This document shows, piece after piece, positions 18,183 through 28,853 of a stretch of DNA of 64,000 bases. The DNA lies in IMG/VR virus record IMGVR_UViG_3300032770_000001, positions 310,001 to 374,000 of that record, one strand, 5' to 3'. A program made the translations under genes and the position numbers. Numbering within the stretch: position 1 is the stretch's first letter; each line of letters starts with the position of its first letter. Below the pieces are notes generated by a model. It worked only from the letters and a program-made list of their open reading frames with translations, was not told where the DNA came from and searched no databases.

Positions 18183-19459
18183 TAGCGTTTCTCCCACACG
18201 AACAATGGTTCGTATTTGTAGCCAGTCTTACCGCCTGTGGCCGTAGTCTGGCTGCCCATGATTTTGCTCAGCCCGTAATCCATGCGTCCGATCCAATGCC
18301 ATTCGTTGCTGAGATCACGGTCGATGTGCTTTACTAATTCATCAGTCAGTTCCGGGTAAGTCTTGACATCGGCGATGTTGATCGCGAGAAGTCCACCCGG
18401 TTTGAGGGCATAGTGACAGTTCGCCAAGGTATCAGTCATGAAACCGTACAACCAGCCGTTCTTTCCCTCGTACTTCATGTAGCTCTGCGTCGGCTCGTCG
18501 GAATACTTCTCGGTGTCGAAGTACGGTGGGCTGGTGAAGCAGAGATCGACCCCGCCCTGAGGCAGTTTGTCTCGCATCTCCAGCGTCTCGCTGCCGAGTT
18601 TGTAGATGTCGATCTGGAGATCGCGGTTTGGGTCAAGGGTCTTGAAATCCCGGACCATGCGCTCCAGTCCATCGAAGGTTTCCGATGCCGGATCACAGCC
18701 GATATATCGTTTCACTCGCTGGCAACGCATAGCTCCAAGCAAGCGACCGCCGAAACCACAGGACATATCCCACACGATGCTGCCGTTGACGTGCTCCAGC
18801 AGACGATCATAGATACCAGCCGCCGAGACCGGGCGGAAATTACTAACGCACTGCGTCCCGGTGAAAGTCTTGAGTTGCTTGCGAATGCCTGAGTTAGTGA
18901 TCCGGGCTCCATGCTCCAGACGCTTCTGAATCACTTTCATGAATATGGACTTGGTTCGAAAGGCTTTGTCCGGTGTCATCATCTTCCCGCACACCACTTT
19001 GGAATAGTGCGGGTGATACGTCCACGCCAACTCCAGAGCGTGCATCCCACCGGACTGCTCGAAGCAGAGGTTCGGCCATGTTCCGGTAATTTTGGTCGCA
19101 TAATCAAAAGCAAGGAACTCGTTGTAGCTTGCTTGCTTTTCCTCGTCAGTCAACTGGTAATCCATGACCGGATGACCCATCGTATCGAGTTTGTAGTAGT
19201 GAAGGCAGATCGCATTCTTGAAATCTTCCGTCCACTCATCGCCCGGAACGTCGTAGTCGTGTCCACGCCACGTGATGTCTTTCTGATGGGCTTGGCTCTT
19301 GTGAGGCTTGCGAGTGCCGCGCCAATATTTCATGTTGACGTGGATCGGCATGTGCCACTCGCCACATTCCTCACACAAAACGGTCCGGTGATCTAGGGTG
19401 CAGTCGGGGCAAACGGCTGGGTATTTTTCAACGACAGCCGGAGCGGGAGAAGAAGTCAT
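18182..19459 (-). CDS. DNA amino (N6-A/N4-C) methyltransferase
   Basis: SAM motif 'WDMSCGFGGRLLG', catalytic 'FTSPPYF', 'LKPGG'. Confidence 0.85.
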   Translation of the reverse strand: MTSSPAPAVVEKYPAVCPDCTLDHRTVLCEECGEWHMPIHVNMKYWRGTRKPHKSQAHQKDITWRGHDYDVPGDEWTEDFKNAICLHYYKLDTMGHPVMDYQLTDEEKQASYNEFLAFDYATKITGTWPNLCFEQSGGMHALELAWTYHPHYSKVVCGKMMTPDKAFRTKSIFMKVIQKRLEHGARITNSGIRKQLKTFTGTQCVSNFRPVSAAGIYDRLLEHVNGSIVWDMSCGFGGRLLGAMRCQRVKRYIGCDPASETFDGLERMVRDFKTLDPNRDLQIDIYKLGSETLEMRDKLPQGGVDLCFTSPPYFDTEKYSDEPTQSYMKYEGKNGWLYGFMTDTLANCHYALKPGGLLAINIADVKTYPELTDELVKHIDRDLSNEWHWIGRMDYGLSKIMGSQTTATGGKTGYKYEPLFVWEKR

Positions 19460-19507
19460 ATTAGGCTAATACCAGCTTTCCAACCCTTTTTATGAGGGTT
19501 GACCCGG

Positions 19508-22204
19508 ATGGCTGACGCATTCCAGATTCGTAAGATTACAGTTCCCGCTAACCTATTGACTAATCCGGACATCGCAGAGAATGCGGTGGGTGCCGTTTCA
19601 GTCTCAACTGGGTCTGCCGACGCTGGTAAAATCGTTCTCCTCGATGCTTCCGGTCAGATCGACCCTACAATGGGCGGCGGCGGTGGATCGACTACATGGG
19701 CATCGATCACCAGCGGCATCAACACCGGACAGAACCTTCAGGTTGGTAACGGTAGCGTCATCAACTACACGGGCACCGGGCTCATTAACGCCAACGAAGT
19801 CGGTGGTATACAGGTGGTCAACGGCAGCGTCCCTACGCACGCCGGAATGCTTTTGATCTCTCAGCCCGGAAACTCCACAATGGCATGGGCTGATCCTCAG
19901 GTCCAAGGTCTTTATGATGCCGGGTCTACGATCTCCCCGGCTCCGGCATACGTCGCCCCAACTAACATCCAACCTGTGATGATTGGTGGTTCGGATTATG
20001 CCGGAACCGCCAAACTTCAAACATGGAAGGTGGACTCCAGCGGTCTAGGCTACGTTAGCGTGACCGGATCGGTCACCGTGTCCGGATCGGTGTCCGTTTC
20101 GAACTTCCCGGCGACTCAGACTGTAGTCGGCAACCTGACTCATAACAACGCGGCACCGGGGGCAAACAACATCGGCGTCCTCCCGGCAGTGGCGTCCACT
20201 AGCGTGCCGACCTATAACAACGGCGATCAAGTCCTCCTATCGACCGACCTATCCGGTCAACTTCGCGTCACCAGTGCGGGTTCATTTACCCCGGCACTGA
20301 CCGCAGACCGTACCGCAACAGGCACGATCACTTCGAGCCAGAATGTCATGGTTTCGACGGCTGGCGGCGGTACCTGCGTCTTCAATATCACAGGTACATG
20401 GACTGGAACCATCGTCTTTGAGGGCAGCATCGATGGAACGAACTGGGTAACAGCCAATGTCTCCCCATTCCAGTTCGGTAACCTCGTCAGTTCCGCCACG
20501 GCAAACGGGCAGTGGTTGCTCAACGTTGGCGGTCTGAACTCATTCCGTGTACGCGGCAACACCGTCGCGACGGGTACCGCAAACGTCTGGATCGAGGTCG
20601 GCGCAGGCAACAATGCCCTCGTCATCAGCGACATCATTCAGGGCTCGGTCAGCATCAGCAACTTCCCGGCTACCCAAACTGTATCCGGCAACGTCACATC
20701 GGCACAAGGCTCCCCAAACACTGCCGCCAATTCATGGCCCGTAGAAGTCACTGATGGAACCAACATCTTGATGACTTCATCGCACCCCGGTTCCGTAAAC
20801 ATCCAGCAGATCGCAGGCTCGACCGTCGCAACAGCGACGAGCGGCATCATGAAAATCGGCGTCACGGACGCTACAGGCACGTCAATCAACAGTACCAGCG
20901 ACTCCGGAACTGCGGGTCTCAACGTACACGTCACCAACACTGGTGGATTGGGCGGCACCCAGTACGTTGAAGGCACCAACATCGGCGCAACTGGCACTGG
21001 CACATTGTCTATCGCCAAGAACCCATCCAATGCAGCGGAAGCAATCCACGTCGATGCCTCGAACAACCTGCTGACGAACATCAACGTAGCACTGCCTGCC
21101 GGAACCAACATCATCGGTAAGGTGGAAGTCACGGATGGCACCAACGTTCTGGGTACGACCTCGCACCCGGTTATTACGCAAGACATATCTGACGGCACGC
21201 CGGGTTCGACTGTCCCCGCAACCGCCATGTTTATGGCTGGCAAGGACAACGCCACGGGCTTCCTGCATGGATTGTCCACGGACTCCAGCGGCGTCCTGAA
21301 CGTAAACGCAAGCGTCAGCGGCTCGTTCACCCCAGCTTTGACGGCTGATCGCACCGCAAGCGGGACGCTCACCACAATCAACGGCGCTATTACACTCAGC
21401 ACTCAGGGTGTCAGCGGCGTCGTGTTCAACATTGTCAATGACACCACGGCATGGGCAGGCACCATTGTATTCGAGGCGTCACCTGATGGTGTCAACTGGT
21501 ATCCCGTCAACGCTTTTGCAAAATTCCCATCAGGAGCAGCAACCCAGACCACAACAACAAACGGTCAATGGTCGCTTCCCGCTGGTGGATTGAATTCTTT
21601 CCGTGTCCGTGCAAGTACGGCAATCACAGGCGGCACGGGAGCCAAGGTTTGGATCGAAGCTGGCGCAGGACCGCTGATCGTAGAAGTAGCACAAACCACG
21701 GCAGGCAACTTGAATGCTACGGTTACGCAGGGTACGGCAAATTCAGTCGCTAACGGTTGGCCTGTCAAGATCACAGACGGAACCAACGTCCTCGGCACGT
21801 CCGGCAATCCAGTGGTGGTCAACGTCAACAACTCACCGACCGTTACACTGGCGGCAGGCACCAACAACATCGGCTATACCAGCTTCCAGCTACCGACGCT
21901 TTCGCGTCTGACACGGGCAGCTATCAACTTCAGTTCATCTGGGAATAACACCTTGATCGCCGGGGTAGGCGGTCAGACGATCCGCGTTTTCCGCATTGCA
22001 TATAACTGCGGCGGCTCCACGCAGATCACATGGCTGGATGGCATTACAGCCATGAGCGGTCCACTTAGCTTCAGCAGCGGGGGCGGTGAGATTCTCGACT
22101 TCGACGGCGATCCGTGGTTCGTAACGAGCACCGGAAACGGTCTCGCCTTTAATTCGTCCAACGCTGTCCAAGTTGGCGGAACGGTGTGGTACACGCAAAG
22201 CTGA
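19508..22204 (+). CDS. putative virion fibre/decoration protein with internal repeats
   Basis: T/S/G/N-rich beta protein; duplicated ~115-aa unit; repeated VTDGTN motifs. Confidence 0.7.
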   Translation: MADAFQIRKITVPANLLTNPDIAENAVGAVSVSTGSADAGKIVLLDASGQIDPTMGGGGGSTTWASITSGINTGQNLQVGNGSVINYTGTGLINANEVGGIQVVNGSVPTHAGMLLISQPGNSTMAWADPQVQGLYDAGSTISPAPAYVAPTNIQPVMIGGSDYAGTAKLQTWKVDSSGLGYVSVTGSVTVSGSVSVSNFPATQTVVGNLTHNNAAPGANNIGVLPAVASTSVPTYNNGDQVLLSTDLSGQLRVTSAGSFTPALTADRTATGTITSSQNVMVSTAGGGTCVFNITGTWTGTIVFEGSIDGTNWVTANVSPFQFGNLVSSATANGQWLLNVGGLNSFRVRGNTVATGTANVWIEVGAGNNALVISDIIQGSVSISNFPATQTVSGNVTSAQGSPNTAANSWPVEVTDGTNILMTSSHPGSVNIQQIAGSTVATATSGIMKIGVTDATGTSINSTSDSGTAGLNVHVTNTGGLGGTQYVEGTNIGATGTGTLSIAKNPSNAAEAIHVDASNNLLTNINVALPAGTNIIGKVEVTDGTNVLGTTSHPVITQDISDGTPGSTVPATAMFMAGKDNATGFLHGLSTDSSGVLNVNASVSGSFTPALTADRTASGTLTTINGAITLSTQGVSGVVFNIVNDTTAWAGTIVFEASPDGVNWYPVNAFAKFPSGAATQTTTTNGQWSLPAGGLNSFRVRASTAITGGTGAKVWIEAGAGPLIVEVAQTTAGNLNATVTQGTANSVANGWPVKITDGTNVLGTSGNPVVVNVNNSPTVTLAAGTNNIGYTSFQLPTLSRLTRAAINFSSSGNNTLIAGVGGQTIRVFRIAYNCGGSTQITWLDGITAMSGPLSFSSGGGEILDFDGDPWFVTSTGNGLAFNSSNAVQVGGTVWYTQS
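20275..21670 (+). repeat. two copies of a ~115-aa domain (approx. 20275-20610 and 21316-21670)
   Basis: 'GSFTPALTADRTA..W.GTIVFE.S.DG.NW..NGQW...GGLNSFRVR..VWIE.GAG' occurs twice. Confidence 0.85.
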
Positions 22205-22205
22205 T

Positions 22206-23405
22206 ATGAGTCAAATTCTTGGTGGTAGCGGACAATCAGTAGCACTGGAAACCAATGGCGTGTTAAACGCCATCCAGACCTTGCTTAACCTGATCGCTGG
22301 CGGCAACATCACGTTGACACCAGACGGATTTGGCGGGGTGACCATTGCTGCGTCTGTATCGAACATTCCACAGATCGTCCAAAGCAACCAGAACAGCAGC
22401 GGTTCCGCGTCCAGTCTCACAAAAGCATTCACCAGCGGCAACGTTGCAACTAATGCGATCCTCGTCATCGCTCAATGGTCGGGCACCAGCAACACGCTGA
22501 GCGTGGCGGACACGAATCTGAACAACTACACCACACTGCGTGGTCCGGACAACAACGGTGCGGATGGGAGCGGCGGTTCACGTCAGCAGATTTTCTTGGC
22601 AACCAATATCGCGGCTGGCGCGAACTCGGTCACGATCACGCCTAGCTCCAGCACCCGCATGATGATGGTCATCATCGAAATCAGCAACTTGTCCGTTCTC
22701 TCCACGCTGGACACGAGCAACTGGAATGACAGTGTTTCAACCGTGACTTCGTTGAGCAGCGGCAACGTCACCACAACGCAAGCCGTGGACTTGCTGATTG
22801 GTTATGCTGGCACCCAGTCACAGGCGGCTGCCTTGACGGGTGAGGTTGGCTGGACGGTACTTGAAAATACGAGTGACGGTACAAACACAGAAGCCTTGCT
22901 CGTTCAAAGTCAAGTTCAAACTTCAACCGGGACTTATGACAGCACGGCGACAGCATCTCCGGCGACAACTTACGGTATGGGCATCGTCGCCCTCCGTGCC
23001 GCCATCAGCAGTACATCACCGAACGCCGCCATCGCCACATTTACCACGACCTCGCTCGCTAATGGGGCAACCGCAAACGGAACTGTCGCTATGGCGAAGA
23101 CCTGTGCGCTCCTGCATGTCACGGTGTCACAGGCTGCTCGCGTTCGGCTGTATATCAACTCAGCCGCAAGAACTGCTGATGCCAGCCGCAGCAATCAGAC
23201 ACCGCCGACACCGGGCACACAACATGGCGTGCTCGTGGATTTGTACCTCGATACTGGAGACAAATTCACATGGCAGATGTCGCCGATAGCTCTGGTGTAC
23301 AACTATGATGCCACTCAAAGTACGAATATCTACTACGCAGTGACTAATTTAGGGAGCACAGGCACGATCACGGTGAACCTAACCTACGTGCCGATGGAGT
23401 CGTAA
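22206..23405 (+). CDS. putative virion structural/fibre protein
   Basis: T/S-rich; shares a beta domain with the next gene. Confidence 0.65.
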   Translation: MSQILGGSGQSVALETNGVLNAIQTLLNLIAGGNITLTPDGFGGVTIAASVSNIPQIVQSNQNSSGSASSLTKAFTSGNVATNAILVIAQWSGTSNTLSVADTNLNNYTTLRGPDNNGADGSGGSRQQIFLATNIAAGANSVTITPSSSTRMMMVIIEISNLSVLSTLDTSNWNDSVSTVTSLSSGNVTTTQAVDLLIGYAGTQSQAAALTGEVGWTVLENTSDGTNTEALLVQSQVQTSTGTYDSTATASPATTYGMGIVALRAAISSTSPNAAIATFTTTSLANGATANGTVAMAKTCALLHVTVSQAARVRLYINSAARTADASRSNQTPPTPGTQHGVLVDLYLDTGDKFTWQMSPIALVYNYDATQSTNIYYAVTNLGSTGTITVNLTYVPMES

Positions 23406-23409
23406 GGTA

Positions 23410-25491
23410 ATGAAGGCAACAGCTTTAATGGTGTACGACAATACGACAGCAGCCAACTTCAAACAGTGGGCTTGGGGACAGGGAAGCTGGCCTTCGCCGA
23501 CCTCCTACGGTATTAGCACGTTCATCAGTGCAGCAGGGTTTATCCAGACTGGAAATACGAGCACCTTCGGCGGCACGCTGGAACGTAGCAATATCATCGG
23601 CGATGGTCAAACGGTGTGGAACAACGTCACTTTCAACGTGACTGCCACTCAATCCACGTCTTCAGTCGCGACCTACACTTTTTCCGGATTGACTGGCGGA
23701 CCAATCCGTGTCGGACAGTATCTTGCTTCGATCTCCGGCACGACCAACGATGGCGGGGCTTTCAACGTTACGATCCCAACGCAGGTGGTAGTAGTCACGG
23801 GCGTCACGTATACGTCTACAACCACTGGCACCTTCACCACGGCATGGACGAGCGGTGTGCAGAGCTTGCAAGCTGAGAGCGGCACCGGACAGATTACATC
23901 CAACGCCGGATCGTTCTTTATCACCAGCAGCACCACCAGTCCGGCAAACAACTCCGCTATCGGTACCACATCAAACGCTGCCTATCAGACGACGTTCAAA
24001 GGGTACTGGCAGAACGGTACTTCGTACAGTGTCGGGGATGTGGTGATCTGGGTCAGCACTGGGACGGGAACGGGTGCAACCATTGGAAACTTCGTTTGCA
24101 TTTCGGCAACGAGCAGCACATCACCACCGACAACCAACACCCCTAACGCCAACTGGCAGCAGTACAACTATGAAATCTGGCAGACCGCTGATAGTGCGCT
24201 GCCGACATTCGTGCAGGCGAATCAACTTGTCGCCTCAGTCGCTTTTACTCCGGTGCAGTATTCGGCACCGAACGTGTTGGGTAACACTCTGATCGCTTTT
24301 GGACGCTTCACCAGTGGCTCAGGTGCTCCGGCAATTACGGACACACTCGGCAACACGTGGGTTCAACTTTTCAGTGTCACCAACGGGGCGGACACCAACG
24401 TAGCGTGGGCAGCATACAACTGCAAAGCAGGAGCGAATTTCGTAACATTCTCCCAGCCAACGCAGGGCAGTTTGCAGGCAGTCATAGCTGAATATTCGGG
24501 CGTGACGACAGTGACACCGCTCGATCAGACGACCAATGCTACGGGCACGAGTGCTACCGCAAACTCAGGTAACGTAACAACGCTCGTCGCGAATGAGTTG
24601 ATTCTTGGTTTCATCTCGAACTCATCCACCAACGGCTTGACTATCACGCCGGGGTCTGGTTTCTCGGCTCGTCAAACAGTCAACGGCAACACCTATTTGG
24701 AAGACAAGACCGTGACGACCACAGGCACGTACAACGCTTCAGCGGGTCTGGGGTCATCTGTGCCATGGTTCGCCGCCGTTGTGACCCTAAAAGGCACACA
24801 ATTGCCGACATACTACTTCAAGTTTGAGTACGGCAACCGCGCTACCAGTTGTCCGGCTATCGTATTTCAGACTGGCACAGCAATCACGGCTACAGGATCG
24901 CTCAGCACGTCTGGTTTACGCGGATTCCGCGAAGTTATCAACTTCACTCAGACGACAGCGCAGGGCTCAACTCAATTCGAAACGGATTTCTATGCGGACA
25001 GTACCCCCGGTCTGACGGGCGGCAAATTTGCCATGCTCATGTGGCGCACAGCATCATCCGGCACGTCGCAATTCAATTTCGGCTGGGAGCGCAGCAAAGA
25101 CAACTTCGGTGTGGATACGGGACTGTACATGACGTACCTGTATTCAATTTCCACAGCGTCTTCGTGGGTTCAGTCTTCGGTGTTCGCGTCTGGCGGCACC
25201 AACTTCGGCACGCGGACAACGACGACACCATTCTCGATCTTCATGGGCAACAACACGAGCTTGCAGGTCGGCAACAACTTGCCTGTATCGCCATGTTTCC
25301 CCAATGTTGGTTATTTCGGGAATCCGTTAACAATTTTCCTTGGCTTGGCAAACCAAGATACGAACGAGGGTGTGGCTTTCGCCACGACGGTGTATGGAAC
25401 AACGCGCACGTACCTCATGACTAAAATTGCATCCGCCGCATCATATTTCGGTTCCGCTGGTCAATCCGGTATGGCGATGAGATGGGAGTAA
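23410..25491 (+). CDS. putative virion fibre protein (paralog A)
   Basis: T/S/G-rich; YNYEIW and terminal MRWE shared with the next gene. Confidence 0.65.
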   Translation: MKATALMVYDNTTAANFKQWAWGQGSWPSPTSYGISTFISAAGFIQTGNTSTFGGTLERSNIIGDGQTVWNNVTFNVTATQSTSSVATYTFSGLTGGPIRVGQYLASISGTTNDGGAFNVTIPTQVVVVTGVTYTSTTTGTFTTAWTSGVQSLQAESGTGQITSNAGSFFITSSTTSPANNSAIGTTSNAAYQTTFKGYWQNGTSYSVGDVVIWVSTGTGTGATIGNFVCISATSSTSPPTTNTPNANWQQYNYEIWQTADSALPTFVQANQLVASVAFTPVQYSAPNVLGNTLIAFGRFTSGSGAPAITDTLGNTWVQLFSVTNGADTNVAWAAYNCKAGANFVTFSQPTQGSLQAVIAEYSGVTTVTPLDQTTNATGTSATANSGNVTTLVANELILGFISNSSTNGLTITPGSGFSARQTVNGNTYLEDKTVTTTGTYNASAGLGSSVPWFAAVVTLKGTQLPTYYFKFEYGNRATSCPAIVFQTGTAITATGSLSTSGLRGFREVINFTQTTAQGSTQFETDFYADSTPGLTGGKFAMLMWRTASSGTSQFNFGWERSKDNFGVDTGLYMTYLYSISTASSWVQSSVFASGGTNFGTRTTTTPFSIFMGNNTSLQVGNNLPVSPCFPNVGYFGNPLTIFLGLANQDTNEGVAFATTVYGTTRTYLMTKIASAASYFGSAGQSGMAMRWE

Positions 25492-25496
25492 ATTAG

Positions 25497-27182
25497 ATGG
25501 CAACTGTACAATCATTCTTACCATACTCGAACGCAACCGTATCGAACTACACCACATGGGCACAAGGCGTGGGTTCTGCTCTCAGCACGCTCGGTTGGTC
25601 GAAAGTGGCCGATCCTGCTGGTGTGACATGGGCAAATGTTGTGTCCTTGACGAACGTTGCGCAGTACGGTCTTCCACTGGCAGGCACCGTTCTTTATGGA
25701 GGAGCATGGGCGGCGGGAACGAGCTACACTGGCGGGACTGTCACCCTTTCAACTACTTCTGCAAGCAGTTTCAGTGTGGTTACTGATTCCGGACTAACGT
25801 ATGCTTGCGTGCTCGGCACTCAGAGTGGCCCGGTCACTGGCTCAGGCGTGCAGGCACTACAAAACTCAGCCGCTACTCTCACGATTACGGCAGTCGCCGC
25901 TGCATCGAGCGGTATCGCTGTCTACACTGTGTCAAGCGGCGTCACTGCTTCAATGATCGGTCAACAGTTTGTAGCGAGCATAGGCGGAAGTAACCTCGCC
26001 GGGAACAACGCGGGTACTTTTGTTTGCACAGCCACTTCCGGCACCACATCCATCACGCTCGGCAACCCCAATGCCACGGCACAAGCCTCAGTTACAGGCG
26101 GTACCCCAACGCTCGTTTCTTCCACGTCAGTCATGAGCTTTATCAATTTGAACAACAGCACGGCGAACTGGGTAAACCTAACCAACAACAACTCTCCATC
26201 CAACGGATTCACGACTGTCAATGCTTTGGTGGGACATCTGCTCACAGTAGCGGGATACAGCGGAGGCGCAAGCGGCAACAATGGGACGTATACGGTCACA
26301 TCCAATGCCGCGATATCCGATATCTCAGCCAACTCTTGCTTCTGCTGCACATTTACGGGCACCAACGCTACCCAAACGAACATCACGGTTACCGAAGCCA
26401 CGCACCCGGCAAGTGACCCCATTCACTGGATGCCATACAACTATGAGATTTGGAAAAGTAACGGGCCGCTAAGTACAGCCGCTCCGATCTATATCAAAAT
26501 CGTTTATGCAGCAGCTATAGCTACGGCGTTAGCTTCGCAGGGTGCTACGTCCCAAACGCCTGCAATGATTTTTGACTTCGGCAGCGCAAACCCCACTACT
26601 GGACAGCTTGGAGGCAACCACGTCGGCGAGCAGGTTCACGGTTTCAACTCTGCGAGCGGCGTCGGGGCTTTTTATGAGTGTGATTTCTGCGCTCCAAATG
26701 GAGATGAGATCGCTTTTATCATGTGGCGCAACGCCGCCGCGACTAGCGTCAGCATCCCTACGGTTGTTTTCATAGATCGCACGAAAGATCAGAGTGGTAA
26801 TGCTCTCGGCACGTTCTTTACCGTTGGTTTTGTGACCGCCAATACGTCTCAACGAGAATACACCGTCTTCAATCAACAAACGGGTGGTGTGATAAATTAC
26901 CAACCGAACTTGGGCAACGCTCTGGGTTGGACATTTCCGATTTTTCCGGTCACGGGAGGAGCGTATCAAGGATTGACACCCGTGTTGCCGATTTTCCCGA
27001 TTCCGGGCTATGTCGCAAATCCTTGTCTGATGGCTGTAGCGATGAAACAAAACGACTTCACGGATGGGCAGCTAGTCAACGCTGTGTTCTATGGCGGGAG
27101 CCACACATTCTTAATGAGCAAGAGCAACACCGTGGATCAACCTCAGCTTAACGCCGCGTATCCCGGCATCCGGTGGGAGTGA
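25497..27182 (+). CDS. putative virion fibre protein (paralog B)
   Basis: same N-terminal, YNYEIW and C-terminal IRWE motifs as 23410..25491. Confidence 0.65.
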   Translation: MATVQSFLPYSNATVSNYTTWAQGVGSALSTLGWSKVADPAGVTWANVVSLTNVAQYGLPLAGTVLYGGAWAAGTSYTGGTVTLSTTSASSFSVVTDSGLTYACVLGTQSGPVTGSGVQALQNSAATLTITAVAAASSGIAVYTVSSGVTASMIGQQFVASIGGSNLAGNNAGTFVCTATSGTTSITLGNPNATAQASVTGGTPTLVSSTSVMSFINLNNSTANWVNLTNNNSPSNGFTTVNALVGHLLTVAGYSGGASGNNGTYTVTSNAAISDISANSCFCCTFTGTNATQTNITVTEATHPASDPIHWMPYNYEIWKSNGPLSTAAPIYIKIVYAAAIATALASQGATSQTPAMIFDFGSANPTTGQLGGNHVGEQVHGFNSASGVGAFYECDFCAPNGDEIAFIMWRNAAATSVSIPTVVFIDRTKDQSGNALGTFFTVGFVTANTSQREYTVFNQQTGGVINYQPNLGNALGWTFPIFPVTGGAYQGLTPVLPIFPIPGYVANPCLMAVAMKQNDFTDGQLVNAVFYGGSHTFLMSKSNTVDQPQLNAAYPGIRWE

Positions 27183-27183
27183 T

Positions 27184-28149
27184 ATGCCGTTATCTATTTC
27201 CAACAACGTTTCGGAAAACCTGCAATCATCGTTCAGCAACGTTCTGACCTACACAACGTCGGCTGTCACCATGACTGTGGGTGATGTGGTTTTCGCATTC
27301 ACATCGTGGGGAAACAACGTCGCCGGAACGAACAACACGGGGGACATAACGGCGTTCTCGGATTCACAAGGCAACACGTGGACACGTATCGGTTCGACGT
27401 TCTATACCTCCGGAACTACTGTTGGAAAAACCGGACTGGCGGTTTTCTATAGCCACATCACCAACGGAGGTTCATCGACTTTTTCCGTCACCATTAGTGC
27501 TGGTACGTGGAATGTTGGGTCGAGCACACTCCGATTCGGATGTGCCGGATACAGCAACGTTTTCACTCCATTTTTCGATGCGGCGTCCAGCGGAGCCACG
27601 GGGACTGGAACGACGCTCACTACAAACAGTGTCACCCCCACTTTCAATTACGACGCTTTACTCATGTTTGGTACGAATGGAGCGAACGAAGCTCAAAGTA
27701 TTGCAGCGCCGAATAGTGCGTGGACGCAACGGTTTTCCGGGTCGAGTGGTTTATTTCTTCAGGAGATGCCTTACGTAGGACTCGGTTACAGCGTAGGTGC
27801 GACTTCTGGATTTTACACGGGCTTTCTTTCTACATCATTTGCATTTCAGGGCACGATCTCCGGTTCTGTAGATTGGGCGGCGGTTATCATCGCCATTCCC
27901 TCTATACAAGTTGCAGGAATGGCGATGAGCGATACGGTTGAAGTTTCAGCAGGAGATGTTCAACCATTCAAACAACTTTATTTCCAAGGCGATATCTTCT
28001 TGGATGGATACACCGGGGTCAACTTCATGAAAAACGTTTTCGTACTGCCCCGCGATCACTGGGATACCGCTTTGAGCACACCATACAGCGGTCAGTTGTT
28101 CCCGACCGGAGCCGGACAGGGCACGCCGGGACAGGTCTATCCTTTCTAA
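27184..28149 (+). CDS. putative virion structural protein
   Basis: T/S/G-rich; 'SDSQGNTW' domain related to upstream genes. Confidence 0.6.
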   Translation: MPLSISNNVSENLQSSFSNVLTYTTSAVTMTVGDVVFAFTSWGNNVAGTNNTGDITAFSDSQGNTWTRIGSTFYTSGTTVGKTGLAVFYSHITNGGSSTFSVTISAGTWNVGSSTLRFGCAGYSNVFTPFFDAASSGATGTGTTLTTNSVTPTFNYDALLMFGTNGANEAQSIAAPNSAWTQRFSGSSGLFLQEMPYVGLGYSVGATSGFYTGFLSTSFAFQGTISGSVDWAAVIIAIPSIQVAGMAMSDTVEVSAGDVQPFKQLYFQGDIFLDGYTGVNFMKNVFVLPRDHWDTALSTPYSGQLFPTGAGQGTPGQVYPF

Positions 28150-28172
28150 AAATTCTGTGGTACTGTTTATTT

Positions 28173-28805
28173 GTGATCGATTTCCTAGACTTTCCGGATA
28201 AAACACCCATCATCCTGACGATGCCGAGCTATCAGGCGGAAGTCCGGCTATTGATGAAGTCTTTAATGGCCCGCTATCATGAGCCCCACCGCCACTACCA
28301 CACCTTCGCTCACATCCAATACGGGTTCCAGCGGTATGCTGAACTGGTGGGCGATGCCATGAGAGCGACTACGTTCATGGCGTGGTGCTACCACGACTCT
28401 GTCTATGATCCACACGCGGATGACAACGAGGATCGTAGCGCCAAGGTTTTCATGGAGGACAACAAAATCCTCGGCTTCGCCATGGAAGACACCGAGCGAA
28501 TCGTCGATCTGATCCTATCGACAACACACACCGGGGAAACCAACGTCGTCACCGATATTGATCTGTCCGGACTGGGTGCACCGCTCGAAGTTTATCAAGA
28601 AAACACCCGGCGAATCCGGATGGAGTACAGCTTTGCGACCGCAGAACAGTGGGCAGCGGGGCGCACGGCGTTCCTGAAGAGCTTCATCAAACGGGCTGAA
28701 GAAGGAACTCTCTACAACACGCGGGAATTCGCGGCGGCGTATACCGCACGGGCTCTCGACAACATGAAGGCTGAAGTCGAAAATAACGGGTATTTCTGCC
28801 TTTAG
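28173..28805 (+). CDS. HD-superfamily metal-dependent phosphohydrolase
   Basis: 'YHEPHRHYHTFAHI','YHDSVYDP','DNEDRSA','DIDLS','IRMEY'. Confidence 0.85.
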   Translation: MIDFLDFPDKTPIILTMPSYQAEVRLLMKSLMARYHEPHRHYHTFAHIQYGFQRYAELVGDAMRATTFMAWCYHDSVYDPHADDNEDRSAKVFMEDNKILGFAMEDTERIVDLILSTTHTGETNVVTDIDLSGLGAPLEVYQENTRRIRMEYSFATAEQWAAGRTAFLKSFIKRAEEGTLYNTREFAAAYTARALDNMKAEVENNGYFCL

Positions 28806-28826
28806 AATCAACACATTACGGGTTAG

Positions 28827-28853
28827 CTAAAATCCTGAAGACGAGGTAGAATA
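28827..28853 (+). promoter_or_regulatory. phage promoter (AAAATCCT...GGTAGAAT)
   Basis: third copy of the motif seen at 1403 and 7679. Confidence 0.55.

Noticed and set aside
20275-21670. DGR template/variable repeat pair
   Set aside because: Both copies are in-frame parts of one ORF, diverge at many non-adenine positions, and no reverse transcriptase is in the window.
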